From: Myxococcota bacterium
Lineage (GTDB): Bacteria; Myxococcota_A; UBA796; CAJQPC01
Reading direction: 5' to 3'
DNA length: 64,000 nt
Assembly (NCBI GenBank): GCA_036012755.1
Contig: DASCPX010000190.1
Span: 64,001 to 128,000 of the forward strand
Shown here: positions 20,792 through 31,399 of the stretch, one piece after another
How positions within the stretch are numbered: position 1 is the first letter of the stretch
How the letters are laid out: each line of letters opens with the position of its first letter
The notes under the pieces: generated by a model
What the model was told of the DNA's origin: nothing
Databases searched by the model: none
What the model saw: only the letters and a program-made list of their open reading frames with translations
Position numbers and translations under genes: made by a program

Positions 20792-23023
20792 ATGCTCGCG
20801 CTGCTCGCCCTCCTCACTCCGCAAGCCTCCCACCCCGACAACGACGCAGACATCAAGGTCGAGGGTCTGGACGCGCCGGTGACCATCCATCGCGATCGAT
20901 TCGGTGTGCCCCACATCCGCGCCGAGACCGAGCACGACCTCTGGTTCGCCGTCGGCTTCGTGCACGCCCAGGACCGGCTGTGGCAGATGGACCTCGTGCG
21001 GCGGCTCGGGGCCGGACGCGTGAGCGAGTGGCTGGGCGAGGACGCAGTGGAGTTCGACATCTTCATGCGCTCGCTGGAGCTGGAGGAGCGCTACCAGAGG
21101 CGAACGCCGGCGGTCGATCCGGAGATCATCGCCATCGGAGACGCCTACGCCGCTGGCGTGAACGCTGGTGCGGCCTCGCTGCCTGCCCTGCCGGTCGAAT
21201 ACCGCATCCTGGGCGTCGACTTCGAGCCCTGGGCGAGGACCGACGCGATGTCGGCGAGCGTCATCAACTCGTGGACGCTCTCCGAGAACGCTCCAAAGGA
21301 GCTGATCACCCTGCTCTTGAAGGACAGGCTCGACGCCGAGCGTCTCGACGCCCTGTGGCGCTGGGATCCCGAGAGCCCAGAGGTCGACGCCTACTGGGAC
21401 GAGCTCCGCACCTGGGACATCGCGCCGCTGGATGCCCCCTTCGGCGGCCTCGTCGAGTTCCTGTGGGGGGTACACGACCCCACCGCGTCGAACAACTGGG
21501 CCGTGTCCGGGTCGCGGACGGCGGACGGCGAGCCGATCCTCGCCAACGATCCCCACCTGCCGCAGATGGTGCCGAGCGTCTGGTACGTCCTGGAGGGCTC
21601 GGGCGGAGACGTGCACATCGCCGGTGCGTCGCTGGCAGGCACACCCTTCCTGGCGACCGGGCACAACGAGCGCGTCGCCTGGGGCGTGACCAACGTGATG
21701 GCCGACTACGTGGACCTGGCCATCGTCGAGAGGATCGGAGAGGACCGCTACGTGCTCGAAGGGGTGGAGAAGACCCTGCGGCCCGTCTCCGTACAGGTCG
21801 AGGTGAAGGACGGCGAGCCAGTGGACGGTCTCGTCCATTGGACCGAGATCGGACCGGTCATCTCCACCCTGGAGGGCTCGCATCTCGTCGTGCTGCGCTG
21901 GAGCCTCTTCGAGGTGCCAGACCAGACGGCCCCGATGTGGCTGGAGATCCAGAAATCCAGGTCGGTACAGGACGTCGTCGAGGCTGCGAAGCGGCCCTCG
22001 ATGATGGCCCAGAACCTGGTAGCGGCGGACGTCGAGGGCCACATTGCCTGGCAGGCCTTCGGTGGGGTGCCGCGCCGCAAGAACCACACGGGACGGGTCC
22101 CCTACCCGGCGTCGGATCCGGACAGTGGCTGGGAGGGCTGGATCGAGGATCTGCCAGGCGCCGTCGATCCCGCGGAGGGCATCCTCCGCACGGCGAACTC
22201 GCGCCCGGACCATCCCGACGCATGGGCCATCTCGACGTCCTTCATCCCGGACTGGCGAAGTGACCGCATCGCCGAGGTCCTGCTGTCTCGAGACGACCAC
22301 ACGGTGGCGACGATGGAGGAGCTCCAGCGCGACGAGCTCGACACCCACGCGCCCTTCCTCATCCCAATCCTGCTCGACGGCGCCGAGCTGAACCGCTGCG
22401 GGGAGCTCCTGCGGGACTGGGACGGAGACTCCGACAAGGACCGCATCGAGCCCCTGTTGTGGGCCGTCTTCCAGGGCGAGCTCATCGAGGAGGCGTTGCT
22501 GGACGACCTCGGTCCCGGCGGCTTCCGGCTCTACTCGGCGGCGGCGATCAGCGGGCGCTCGGTCCTCGATGTGGACGTCTCCGCCTGGGTCGACGACCAA
22601 CCTGCCGCTGTGGAGGCCGCCCTGGAGCGGACCTGTGAGCGGGTGCACCTGGAGGACACGTGGGGAGCGAGCCACCGCCTGCACATCCGCCACCTGTTCT
22701 CCGACCAGGCGGCGATCCTCGAAGACTGGAGCATGCCAGCGGCACCCTGGGGGGGCTCTCACAACACGGTGAACCAGGCAGGCTACAGCTGGTTCAACGA
22801 CGAGCTCGACGCGACCTGGATCGCGAGCATCCGCGTCGTCACTCCGCTCTCGGACGTCGGCCGCGCCACCTTCACCTACCCGGGCGGCCAGAGCGGCATG
22901 CCCCACCATCCGCACTACGACGACCTCTTCGCCCCCTACGTCGAGGGGGACTCACACCCGCTCTGGTTCTGGGACGAGGACGTCGAGCGCGAGGCCGTGG
23001 AGACCCTGCGCCTCAGCCGTTGA
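20792..23023 (+). CDS. Penicillin acylase family (peptidase S45) Ntn hydrolase
   Basis: RDRFGVPHI, HAQDRLWQMD, catalytic SNNWAV, ANDPHL and GGQSG. Confidence 0.92.
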   Translation: MLALLALLTPQASHPDNDADIKVEGLDAPVTIHRDRFGVPHIRAETEHDLWFAVGFVHAQDRLWQMDLVRRLGAGRVSEWLGEDAVEFDIFMRSLELEERYQRRTPAVDPEIIAIGDAYAAGVNAGAASLPALPVEYRILGVDFEPWARTDAMSASVINSWTLSENAPKELITLLLKDRLDAERLDALWRWDPESPEVDAYWDELRTWDIAPLDAPFGGLVEFLWGVHDPTASNNWAVSGSRTADGEPILANDPHLPQMVPSVWYVLEGSGGDVHIAGASLAGTPFLATGHNERVAWGVTNVMADYVDLAIVERIGEDRYVLEGVEKTLRPVSVQVEVKDGEPVDGLVHWTEIGPVISTLEGSHLVVLRWSLFEVPDQTAPMWLEIQKSRSVQDVVEAAKRPSMMAQNLVAADVEGHIAWQAFGGVPRRKNHTGRVPYPASDPDSGWEGWIEDLPGAVDPAEGILRTANSRPDHPDAWAISTSFIPDWRSDRIAEVLLSRDDHTVATMEELQRDELDTHAPFLIPILLDGAELNRCGELLRDWDGDSDKDRIEPLLWAVFQGELIEEALLDDLGPGGFRLYSAAAISGRSVLDVDVSAWVDDQPAAVEAALERTCERVHLEDTWGASHRLHIRHLFSDQAAILEDWSMPAAPWGGSHNTVNQAGYSWFNDELDATWIASIRVVTPLSDVGRATFTYPGGQSGMPHHPHYDDLFAPYVEGDSHPLWFWDEDVEREAVETLRLSR

Positions 23024-24311
23024 CGCGCCAGACGCTCTGGCCGTGCGTGTTCCACCGCACTCGCTCGCCAGGAGTCATCGCCTCGACACCGTCGAGCACC
23101 GAGAACAACATGCCGTCGGCGTCCTGCTCACCCTGCTGCTCCAGAGAACTCCCGAAGAGTCGCGGCCTCAAGGGAATCACCACGCCGTCGTGCTCCATGG
23201 GCGTCTTGCGCAGGGCGTACTCGGTGCGCTCGCTGAAGAGCCGGGCGCCGGTGACCGGGGTCTCCGGCAGGATCACGATGAGGCGGCCCTGGTCGAAGAT
23301 CCCCGCCGCGTCCGAGCTGCGGAAGCCCGCCTGGAACCGCTCTGCGAGGTGCTCGAGGACGAACCGGGCGTCGATCGGGTAGTCGGACGGCTCCACAGCC
23401 ACGGCCACCAGCGACAGGTGGCGCTTGTACCGGCGTGCCCGGGCGACCTCCATGTGGACGCGCTCGAGGACCTCGCCAGGACCCAGCAGGCCACTGGCCG
23501 AGCTGCCGCTGGCAGCCTCCAGCTCCTCCTTGAGCGCCGCCACATCGGAGCGCAGCGTCTCGATGCGTTCGTCGAGCTGCTCTCGCTCGGCAAGGACCTC
23601 TGCGACTGCGGCGACGACGGCACCCGCGTCCGCTCCACGCACCGCTGGAACCGGACGGACGCGAACACCCAGCATCCTGGCGAGCTCGTGGGCCACCCGG
23701 GGGATGCTCCAGGTCTCGTCGCCCCCAGCCTGCGCGAGCACGGCCTCGACCAGGGCGTGAGCGGCCGAACCCGGGACTGGGCGCAGCAAGGCGCTGAGAT
23801 CGTTTGGTATCGACAGCTCCTGGGTCCAGTGGTGCAGAGCTGAGTCCCGCGTGTCACCGAAGACGACCTCCTCCAACAGGGCGCCACCGCCGCTGGCCTC
23901 GAACAGGCGCAGCACCGCAGCGACGGGTGTCCTCCGTTGGAGCAGCAGGCGCTGTCCGAGGCGGGCAGAGAGTCCCACGCTGAGCCCGCTCCACACATCG
24001 AAGCGATGGGCCTCTGCCGCGATCAGGCCGTGTCCGCCGAGGGCGAGGGCCTCTGAGATGCCGTCCTCGTCGAGCTGATCGAGCACCATGTGCCAGAGCG
24101 CCACGTGCTTCACGCGGTCCTGGCCCAGCAGCATCGCGGCCTGTGCGACGCCGGTGGTGGGCCGCCCGGTGCCGAATCGAGTCGAGCCGGCGACGCTCTC
24201 GATGCGCCGGCTGAGAGTCGGCATCGAGTGAGACAGGTCCGCGAGGTCGGACTCTTGCCAGGAACCTCGGAGGAGCCCGTGGAGCGACACTCCGGCCTGC
24301 AGCAAGTGCAT
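23013..24311 (-). CDS. HDOD-like plus degenerate GGDEF-like domain protein
   Basis: GGAGG RBS. VAQAAMLLG helical N-domain, coiled coil, then EVARARRY..LSLV, FRSSD and VILPET; no GGDEF motif. Confidence 0.6.
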   Translation of the reverse strand: MHLLQAGVSLHGLLRGSWQESDLADLSHSMPTLSRRIESVAGSTRFGTGRPTTGVAQAAMLLGQDRVKHVALWHMVLDQLDEDGISEALALGGHGLIAAEAHRFDVWSGLSVGLSARLGQRLLLQRRTPVAAVLRLFEASGGGALLEEVVFGDTRDSALHHWTQELSIPNDLSALLRPVPGSAAHALVEAVLAQAGGDETWSIPRVAHELARMLGVRVRPVPAVRGADAGAVVAAVAEVLAEREQLDERIETLRSDVAALKEELEAASGSSASGLLGPGEVLERVHMEVARARRYKRHLSLVAVAVEPSDYPIDARFVLEHLAERFQAGFRSSDAAGIFDQGRLIVILPETPVTGARLFSERTEYALRKTPMEHDGVVIPLRPRLFGSSLEQQGEQDADGMLFSVLDGVEAMTPGERVRWNTHGQSVWRVNG

Positions 24312-24341
24312 CTCGCCTCCCTGTTGGGGAGACACATCGGA

Positions 24342-25283
24342 TCACCGCAGGCGGTGGTTTAGCACCAGCTCCCTGCCGACCACGACCTCGATGGTGACGG
24401 CCTCTGTCGGCGGCCTGAACTCGCGCGCCGTAGCCTCCGCCAAGAGCCGTCCGTCCTCGTCGAAGGCGGACCACTCGCGCAGGGGCTCACCCTCGTCCCA
24501 GCCCTCTGCTGGCGCCCTGAACACCTCTCCGAGCTGGAGCTCCGCGCGGAACTCGGTGGTCGGATGGACAGCGGCGCTGCGTCCGGGCTCGAAGAACGCG
24601 GCCTCGAGCGGATCGTCCCGCCAGTCACAGTGGACGTGGGAATCGTAGTAGCCGACGTAGCCAGCGCCGAGGTCCTCGCAGATCTCGCCGAGGTCGCCGA
24701 GGCTTGCGCTCGAGGACTTCATGTCACAGGCGTCCCCGTACATGTGGCGGCTGTACTCCGCGCCCCCCACCGAGGCGTTGTAGCTGACGTTGCGGTAGCC
24801 CGAGTTGACCGTGACGGCCCCGCCCACCCGGTCGCGGATCTGCTGCATCCTGGCCACCGCGTGGGGTTGGTAGATGGCGAAGCGGCCCTTCCACTCCTGC
24901 ATGAACTCGTCCACCACGAAGTTCGGCGCGAGCGCGAGGTCAGGATCGGCGGCGCTCAGATCGATGAACCGAAGCGGCTTCAGGTACTGCGAGGAGCCGT
25001 TGTAGGGGTCCGGGTAGTCGTAGTCCGAGCCCCACGCGTCGTCCCAGTCGACGACCTCGAGACAGGTGGTCCAGCTCTCGTCCGCCCCGGGGAAGCAGGC
25101 CTCCTGCCCGGAGGGATCCGGCTCGATGGGCTCTCCCGTGTCGCCCGTGTCTCCTGGACCGGTGTCCTCTGGAGGCTCGCGCTGGTCTTCGATCTCCTCC
25201 GTGTCGTCGGGTCCCGGCGGCCCCTGGCGTGGAGGCCGGGTCGTCGTGTCGTCCGAGGCCACACAGGCGAAGAGCAGGATCAC
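24342..25283 (-). CDS. Peptidase M15A (D-Ala-D-Ala carboxypeptidase-like) lipoprotein
   Basis: MILLFAC; NSGYRN..YN..VGGA..SRHMYGDACD and HVHCD. Confidence 0.85.
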   Translation of the reverse strand: MILLFACVASDDTTTRPPRQGPPGPDDTEEIEDQREPPEDTGPGDTGDTGEPIEPDPSGQEACFPGADESWTTCLEVVDWDDAWGSDYDYPDPYNGSSQYLKPLRFIDLSAADPDLALAPNFVVDEFMQEWKGRFAIYQPHAVARMQQIRDRVGGAVTVNSGYRNVSYNASVGGAEYSRHMYGDACDMKSSSASLGDLGEICEDLGAGYVGYYDSHVHCDWRDDPLEAAFFEPGRSAAVHPTTEFRAELQLGEVFRAPAEGWDEGEPLREWSAFDEDGRLLAEATAREFRPPTEAVTIEVVVGRELVLNHRLR

Positions 25284-27784
25284 CGCAGACTCCCACCGTC
25301 GTGGGCCAAGGTCGTGCCGTCTTCGTAGAAGAGCCGCTCTTCGACGAAGGAGCCGTCCGGAGCGAAGAAGCGCAGGGCGCCGCTGCCATAGCCGACGACG
25401 GTTGATCCATCGCCACGCTGAACGATATCACTGACTTGGGAGCCATCTCCGGCCAGTCCAGCGAGCACCTCACCTGTCCTGACGTCGACGAGGAAGACAA
25501 AGCCGCTGGAGGTACCGACCGCCGCGACGTTGCCACCAGGAGCGCTGGTGAGGCCGGGGATCTGCGCGCAGCGATGGGCCACCTGGCCGAGCGTGCTCAG
25601 GTCGGACTCGAAGACCCTGCCGGCCGGATCGACGATGAAGAGCGTGGACTCGGAACCCCACCCGTACTCGGCGGCGAGGACGCGCGAGCCGTCCGGACAG
25701 TCGACGATCGGACCGCTGAGCGCCCTCCTCTGGCGCCGCTTCAGCTTCGCGCCGGGCACGTCCATCTCCCACCCGAGCGAGCGGGACTCGTCGACGTCCC
25801 ACGCTGGGGGGCCCTCCTGCCTCTCCCCGGTCGAGAGATCCCAGGCGTAGCGCGGTGCCTCGCCAGACTCGGCGCCCACCCCTGCGAGGCTGCCGTCTGG
25901 CAGGAAGGCGAGCTCCAGCACGCCCTCGTCGGAGAGCACGCGGGTGGCCCCGGTCTGTGGATCGAAGACCCGCACCCCGAAGGCATGGGAGACGGCGATG
26001 CTGCCCTGGTGCTCATCGATGCCCCAGACCTCGGGCAAGGCACCGGTGAGCACATCGAGGCTGTCGCCGTTGGACCACACGACCTGTCCGAGCGTGTTGG
26101 CCAGCAGCAGGCCGCCCCCGCCGTCGACGGCCAGGCTCGTCACGGAGCTCCCCATCGTTCCACCACCCCAGGTGACCTCGCCAAGCGAGGTGCCGTCGAG
26201 GTCGCGTGCCTCGGCCTGTCCCTCCCAGTTCATCAGCGCGACGGCGCGGCCATCTCCGGAGATGGCGCCGAGCACCGGGCTCTCGTAGGCCGTGTCCGCG
26301 TCGTCACCCTCTGGCCGCCAGAGGTGTGCACCGGTCGAGTCGACGACCACGACACCGTCATCGACCACGCGCAGCGCGGTCGGAATGCTGCCCCACACCT
26401 CGACGGGATGGCGCGTGGCCAGGACAACGCCGCTCTCAGCGTCCCAGAAGGTGATGTTGCCGCTCCAGTCAGCGGTCACGAGGCGGGTCCCTCCGTGGCC
26501 GACCGCGAGGAGACCCGGAGGCGTCATGGGGAGCTCCGCGACGAGCTCGCCGTCACTGCTCCAGGTCCGCAGCCAGGAGTCGGAGGCGACCGCATAGCTG
26601 GCGTCAGGGCCCACCGCGACAACCGTCTGGGACGTCGAGCCCGGAACCAGGCCCCCGATGCGCTCGCCGGTAGAGAGGTCGATGCGCTGAGCGGCCCCCT
26701 TGTCGTCGGCGACCAGCACCCAGGACAGCTCCGGTGAGACCGCCACTCGCTGGGTTCCCCAGCCGGCCTGCACGGGCAGGTGGTGCCGACGTCGAATGGC
26801 CCCCGTGTCGAGGTCCCAGACGACGGCGTCGCCATCGCTCCAGACAGCGAGCCCCCGGTCTCCGGGGACATCCACCGCGAGGACGAGGGCCGGGCTGCCA
26901 GGCGCTGCGCCGAGCTCCAGCGGAGGCCGAACCGGGACCTCGTGGACCTGGACGATGCCGTCCATCATCGCGACGGCGATGCGGTCCTCTTCGGGGCTGA
27001 AGGCCATGGACTGGACCATGCCCGTGCCACCTCGAAGCGTGGCTCGAAGCTGGCCGGTCTGGTGTTCCCAGAGCTCGACGCCGGAGCCGCTGGCGTCGAC
27101 GACCGCGACCAGGTCCGCGCTGGTCGCGAAGGTGGCGCTGGAGCCGTTGCCAAAGCCCAGGGTCCGGCGGCTCCCATCCAGGCCGACATACTCGCTGGCC
27201 CGACCGTAGTCGAAGAGCACGAAGCCGTCGCCGGCGGGCTTCACCGCCCAGCCCGCGGCGTTGGTGTGGAGCACCGTCTCGCCGCTGAGTGCATAGATGT
27301 GGAGCCGTCCGTTCTCCCAGAAATACGGAGTGCCGTCGAGGTACCCGAAGGCGTCAGGGCCGTTGGCCCAGAGATCCGTGGCCACGACGCGCTCGGCCCC
27401 GTCCACGTTGCGCTCCAGGAGCCCACCCGCGGAGACCAGGTAGCGCCCGCCCTCTCCCGCGACGACCACGGGGACGGACCAGCGGTCGGGCTTGGGCACC
27501 TTGGCCAGCCGCTTCCCGTCTGTCACGTCGTAGAGGCCAGGGCGCCCTCGCCAGGACTGGGTGGAAAGCAACGCCCCGTCCGCGGACAGCGTGATGTTGC
27601 TGGTGTTGAAGCCAACGTCGAAGCTGCTGATCTCGTTCAACTCTTCGTCATAGACACGGACCAGGCCAGAGGAGCCGAGCGCCGCGATGTGGTCCCCTTC
27701 CCAGTGGAGGATCCAGGTCGGATCGAAGGTGGTCTCGACGACATGCAGCGGCGCCGCGAAGGCCGTGCTCAGCAGCAGGATCAT
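25280..27784 (-). CDS. Secreted WD40/beta-propeller repeat protein
   Basis: Repeated AFSP..DG.V..WD-type blades; short signal MILLLSTAFA. Confidence 0.8.
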   Translation of the reverse strand: MILLLSTAFAAPLHVVETTFDPTWILHWEGDHIAALGSSGLVRVYDEELNEISSFDVGFNTSNITLSADGALLSTQSWRGRPGLYDVTDGKRLAKVPKPDRWSVPVVVAGEGGRYLVSAGGLLERNVDGAERVVATDLWANGPDAFGYLDGTPYFWENGRLHIYALSGETVLHTNAAGWAVKPAGDGFVLFDYGRASEYVGLDGSRRTLGFGNGSSATFATSADLVAVVDASGSGVELWEHQTGQLRATLRGGTGMVQSMAFSPEEDRIAVAMMDGIVQVHEVPVRPPLELGAAPGSPALVLAVDVPGDRGLAVWSDGDAVVWDLDTGAIRRRHHLPVQAGWGTQRVAVSPELSWVLVADDKGAAQRIDLSTGERIGGLVPGSTSQTVVAVGPDASYAVASDSWLRTWSSDGELVAELPMTPPGLLAVGHGGTRLVTADWSGNITFWDAESGVVLATRHPVEVWGSIPTALRVVDDGVVVVDSTGAHLWRPEGDDADTAYESPVLGAISGDGRAVALMNWEGQAEARDLDGTSLGEVTWGGGTMGSSVTSLAVDGGGGLLLANTLGQVVWSNGDSLDVLTGALPEVWGIDEHQGSIAVSHAFGVRVFDPQTGATRVLSDEGVLELAFLPDGSLAGVGAESGEAPRYAWDLSTGERQEGPPAWDVDESRSLGWEMDVPGAKLKRRQRRALSGPIVDCPDGSRVLAAEYGWGSESTLFIVDPAGRVFESDLSTLGQVAHRCAQIPGLTSAPGGNVAAVGTSSGFVFLVDVRTGEVLAGLAGDGSQVSDIVQRGDGSTVVGYGSGALRFFAPDGSFVEERLFYEDGTTLAHDGGSLR

Positions 27785-27791
27785 GTGAACC

Positions 27792-29630
27792 TCAGACGCT
27801 CTTGATGGTCCCGGTGTAGAAGCCGTCGAGGACCTCCCCGAAGCGGGACTCGATGACCTTGCGCTTGACCTTCAGGCTCGGCGTGAGCTCGCCGGTCTCG
27901 ATTGTCCAGTCTGCCTCGAGGATGGCGAACTTCTTGATGGTCTCGTACCTGGCGAGGCCAGCGTTCAGCTTGTCGACGGCCTTCTGGACCAACGCGATGA
28001 CCTTTGGCTCCTTCGACAGCTGAGCGACGGGACGTCCGCCCAGGTCGTTGTCCTCTGCCCAACCGGGAATGGACTCGGCGTCGAGGGTCACCAGCGCGCT
28101 GCAGAAGTTGCGGGTGTTGCCATGCACCAGCACGTTGCCGAGGTAGGGGCAGAGGGCCTTGAGCTTGGACTCGAGGGCCTGCGGCGCGACGTACTTGCCG
28201 CCAGAGGTCTTGATGAGGTCCTTCTTGCGATCGGTGATCTTGAGGAAGCCGTCCGGGTCGATCTCGCCGATGTCGCCGGTGAGCAGCCAGCCGTCGTCCG
28301 TGAGCGTCTCGGCGGTCTTCTCGGCGAGGCCGTAGTAGCCGCGCATGATGCCGCGGCTCCTGAGCAGGATCTCGCCGTCGTCGGCGATCTTGATCTCGGT
28401 GCCCCCGACCCCCTTTCCGACGGTGCCGAAGCGGAACTCGTCGGGGCGGTTCACCACGCTGGCCGCGCTGGACTCGGTGAGCCCGTAGCCCTCGCAGATG
28501 AGGATGCCCGCGGCGTGGAAGAACTCAGCCATGTCGCGGGACAGGGGCGCGGAGCCGGAGATGAAGTAGCGAATGCGACCGCCGAAGCGCTCGCGCAGCT
28601 TGGAGAAGACGAGCCTGTCCGCGATGCGGCGCTTGAACTCCAGCCAGGGACCCGGCTCTCCCCCCTTCTGCTGGATCGCCGAGACCTCCTTGCCCACGGC
28701 AAGGGCCCACCGGAAGATGCGCAGCTTGGCGCCGCCGGCGTCTTCGGCCCCCGTGACGACCTTGTTGTAGACCTTCTCGAAGATGCGCGGGGCCGCAGCC
28801 ATGAAGGTCGGCCGCACGATGGCGAGGTTGTCGATGATCCTGGGGATCCGCCCGTCGATGGCGGTGGGGATGGGGCCGGCGATGATCGCGACCTCCAGGA
28901 CCTTGCCGAAGCTGTGGCTCATCGGCAGCCACAGAAACTGCTTCTCGTCCTCCTGGAACAGGTCCATCTGCTTGAGCGCCTCGCCCGTGTAGACCCAGCA
29001 GTCGTGCAGGAGCTCGACGCCCTTCGGCGTGCCAGTGGTCCCGGACGTGTAGATCAGCGTCGCCAGGTGCTGGGGTTCGATGGCGTCGATCACCCGGTCG
29101 AAGTCCTCGGGATCGTTCGCGTCGTACTCGCGGCCGCGGACCTCGACGTCCTCCATGCGCAGGACCCAGCCGTCATCGCTCGCGGTGCCGTCCAGTGTCA
29201 ACACGTGTTGGACCTGCGGCATCTCCTCGCGCTTCTGCAGCAGCTTCTCGACCTGCTCGTCGTCCTCTGCAATCACCAGGACCGTGCCGGAGTCGTTGAT
29301 GATGAAGGCGCACTCCTCTGGCGTGTTGCTCGGATAGATGGTCGTGGTCGCTGCGCCCGCGCTCAAGATACCGAGATCGCACAGGATCCAGTCGATCCTG
29401 GTCGTACAGAGGATCGCGCACCGTTGTTCTGGCTTCACCCCGAGGGCCTTCAGACCGGAGGCGATCGAACGGACGCGCTCGCCGACGTCGGCCCACTTCA
29501 TCGTGCGCCAGGCTTCGTTGGCGTCGGGGAAGTAGAAGGCGTCGACGTTCGCGGACTCGCGAACGCGATGGGCCAGCATCGCGGCGACGCTGGCGAAGCC
29601 CTGGGTGGACTTCTGGGGGTCCTCGGCCAT
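27792..29630 (-). CDS. Long-chain fatty acid--CoA ligase
   Basis: IYTSGTTGTPKG, EGYGLTE, TGDIG, DRKKDLIKTSGGK and ELTPSLK; GGAG RBS. Confidence 0.93.
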   Translation of the reverse strand: MAEDPQKSTQGFASVAAMLAHRVRESANVDAFYFPDANEAWRTMKWADVGERVRSIASGLKALGVKPEQRCAILCTTRIDWILCDLGILSAGAATTTIYPSNTPEECAFIINDSGTVLVIAEDDEQVEKLLQKREEMPQVQHVLTLDGTASDDGWVLRMEDVEVRGREYDANDPEDFDRVIDAIEPQHLATLIYTSGTTGTPKGVELLHDCWVYTGEALKQMDLFQEDEKQFLWLPMSHSFGKVLEVAIIAGPIPTAIDGRIPRIIDNLAIVRPTFMAAAPRIFEKVYNKVVTGAEDAGGAKLRIFRWALAVGKEVSAIQQKGGEPGPWLEFKRRIADRLVFSKLRERFGGRIRYFISGSAPLSRDMAEFFHAAGILICEGYGLTESSAASVVNRPDEFRFGTVGKGVGGTEIKIADDGEILLRSRGIMRGYYGLAEKTAETLTDDGWLLTGDIGEIDPDGFLKITDRKKDLIKTSGGKYVAPQALESKLKALCPYLGNVLVHGNTRNFCSALVTLDAESIPGWAEDNDLGGRPVAQLSKEPKVIALVQKAVDKLNAGLARYETIKKFAILEADWTIETGELTPSLKVKRKVIESRFGEVLDGFYTGTIKSV

Positions 29631-29735
29631 GGTGACTCCAGGAAAAAGGGGCAAGACGGCCCGTCCCACGTAGCGTGCCAATCACCGCCTCGCCGCAACG
29701 GCGCGGGTCGACCAGAGCCGGGCTAACTTCTGCTC

Positions 29736-30806
29736 ATGCTCGTGCTGCTCCTCGCCTGCAACAAGACCTCACTCGAGCTCGCCTGGCAGGAGGGCCTCGA
29801 GCTGGAGGACCCGGCCATCCTCGCCGACGAGGGCCTCATCATCACGGTCTCCGAGATGACCATGCGCGGCATGGACGCGGCCAGCGGGGGCACCCTGTGG
29901 AGCGCCGAGTTGCCCGAGGGGGTCGGCGGCGCTCCGGTCGTGACCGACGACGACGAGATCCTCCTGTGGAGCGAGATCGGGATCTTCGGCTTCGACACCA
30001 CCGGCGAGGTCGTCTTCTCTCGCAACGCGGAGATGTTCGTCGAGGTCGACCCGGCGGTCACCGCCGACGGCACCATCCTCGTGATGGGCGAGAACCTCGA
30101 CAAGGACGCGGCGGTGCTCACGAAGATGACGACCGACAGCGGCGTGGTCTCCCAGGTCGAGTTCGCCGAAGGTCACCCCCTCACCCAGCCCGCCATCGAC
30201 AGCGAGGGCAACATCTACGTCGTGCTCACCACCGACGGCACGGTCTTCACGCTGGTCTCCCTCGACGCGGAGGGAGAGCTGCGCTGGGAGGTGGAGCTCG
30301 CCGAGGGCATCGACGGCAGCGCCGAGATCATCCCGTACGCCGGACTCTGGCTGGTCTCGGGCGGCGTCCTGCAGGAGCTCGACCCAGCCACCGGCGAGGT
30401 CCTCGACGACGACGAGGGCGTCTACGTCACCTTCGACGACGAGGGGGCCATCATCCGCTCAGAAGCGCAGCTCGAGATCGAGAACCGCGACGAGGCGGCC
30501 ATCGAGTTCCCGAACCTCACCTGCGGCCACACGGCCGTGGACGTCGAGGGACGCATCTACGCCGCCTGCGCGATGCCGAACGACCCGGGGCGCACCATCG
30601 TCATCGACCTGCGCGAGAAGGTCCGCATCGGGGACCCGGCGGAGTGGGCGGGGGAGACCCAGCTCGCCTCTCCGCTGTTGTGGGAAGACCTCGTCATCTT
30701 CCGCCTGGACGCCGGGCTGATCGCCTACAGCGGCGCCGCGCCCCTCGCGGAGGACGCCTGGGCTCGCAGCCGCGGGGGCCTCCGGAACCAGAACCGGGCA
30801 CCTTGA
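29736..30806 (+). CDS. PQQ-like beta-propeller lipoprotein
   Basis: MLVLLLAC; repeated PAI/V..G..Y and G.L.W blades. Confidence 0.65.
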   Translation: MLVLLLACNKTSLELAWQEGLELEDPAILADEGLIITVSEMTMRGMDAASGGTLWSAELPEGVGGAPVVTDDDEILLWSEIGIFGFDTTGEVVFSRNAEMFVEVDPAVTADGTILVMGENLDKDAAVLTKMTTDSGVVSQVEFAEGHPLTQPAIDSEGNIYVVLTTDGTVFTLVSLDAEGELRWEVELAEGIDGSAEIIPYAGLWLVSGGVLQELDPATGEVLDDDEGVYVTFDDEGAIIRSEAQLEIENRDEAAIEFPNLTCGHTAVDVEGRIYAACAMPNDPGRTIVIDLREKVRIGDPAEWAGETQLASPLLWEDLVIFRLDAGLIAYSGAAPLAEDAWARSRGGLRNQNRAP

Positions 30807-31399
30807 AGCTCGTCCATCTCTGCGAGCGCTGGCTGGTCGTGGACAAGCCGCCAGGGTGGGTCGTGGTGCCCGGTCGAGGCTCCCACCCGGTGCTCCGAGA
30901 GGCGCTCGAAGCCGAGTGCGGTCGGATCTGGGTCGTGCACCGCCTCGACGCTCCGGTCTCCGGGCTGATCCTCTTTGCTCGCACCCGAGACGCCCACCGC
31001 GAAGCGAACCGGGCCTTCGAGGCCCGCGCCGTAGAGAAGACCTACGAGGCCCTGACCGCAGGCACTGGGAGCTCCGCGACCTGGGAGTGGCCGCTGGCCC
31101 AGGGCAAGAAGCGGGTCTTCGTGGCCGATCACGGCAAGGCCTCCAATACCTGCGCGGTCGCCCTGCGACGGGACGAGCGCGGGCAGCTCTGGCGACTGCG
31201 GCCCAGGACAGGGAGGCGTCACCAGCTGCGCGTCCACGCCATGACCGCGGGCCATCCCATTCACGGCGACGCGCTCTATGGCAGCGAGATCAGCTGGAAA
31301 GACGGCATCGCCCTGCGGGCCGTCCGCCTGGCGTTGGAGCTGCCTGGACTGCCGCCGTTGCTGGAGGTCCCGGGCCTCTGTGAGACAATCGGGACATGA
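30803..31399 (+). CDS. RluA-family RNA pseudouridine synthase
   Basis: TTG start coupled to the upstream stop; VVDKPPG, VHRLD, TGRRHQLRVH and GDALYG. Confidence 0.9.
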   Translation: MKLVHLCERWLVVDKPPGWVVVPGRGSHPVLREALEAECGRIWVVHRLDAPVSGLILFARTRDAHREANRAFEARAVEKTYEALTAGTGSSATWEWPLAQGKKRVFVADHGKASNTCAVALRRDERGQLWRLRPRTGRRHQLRVHAMTAGHPIHGDALYGSEISWKDGIALRAVRLALELPGLPPLLEVPGLCETIGT

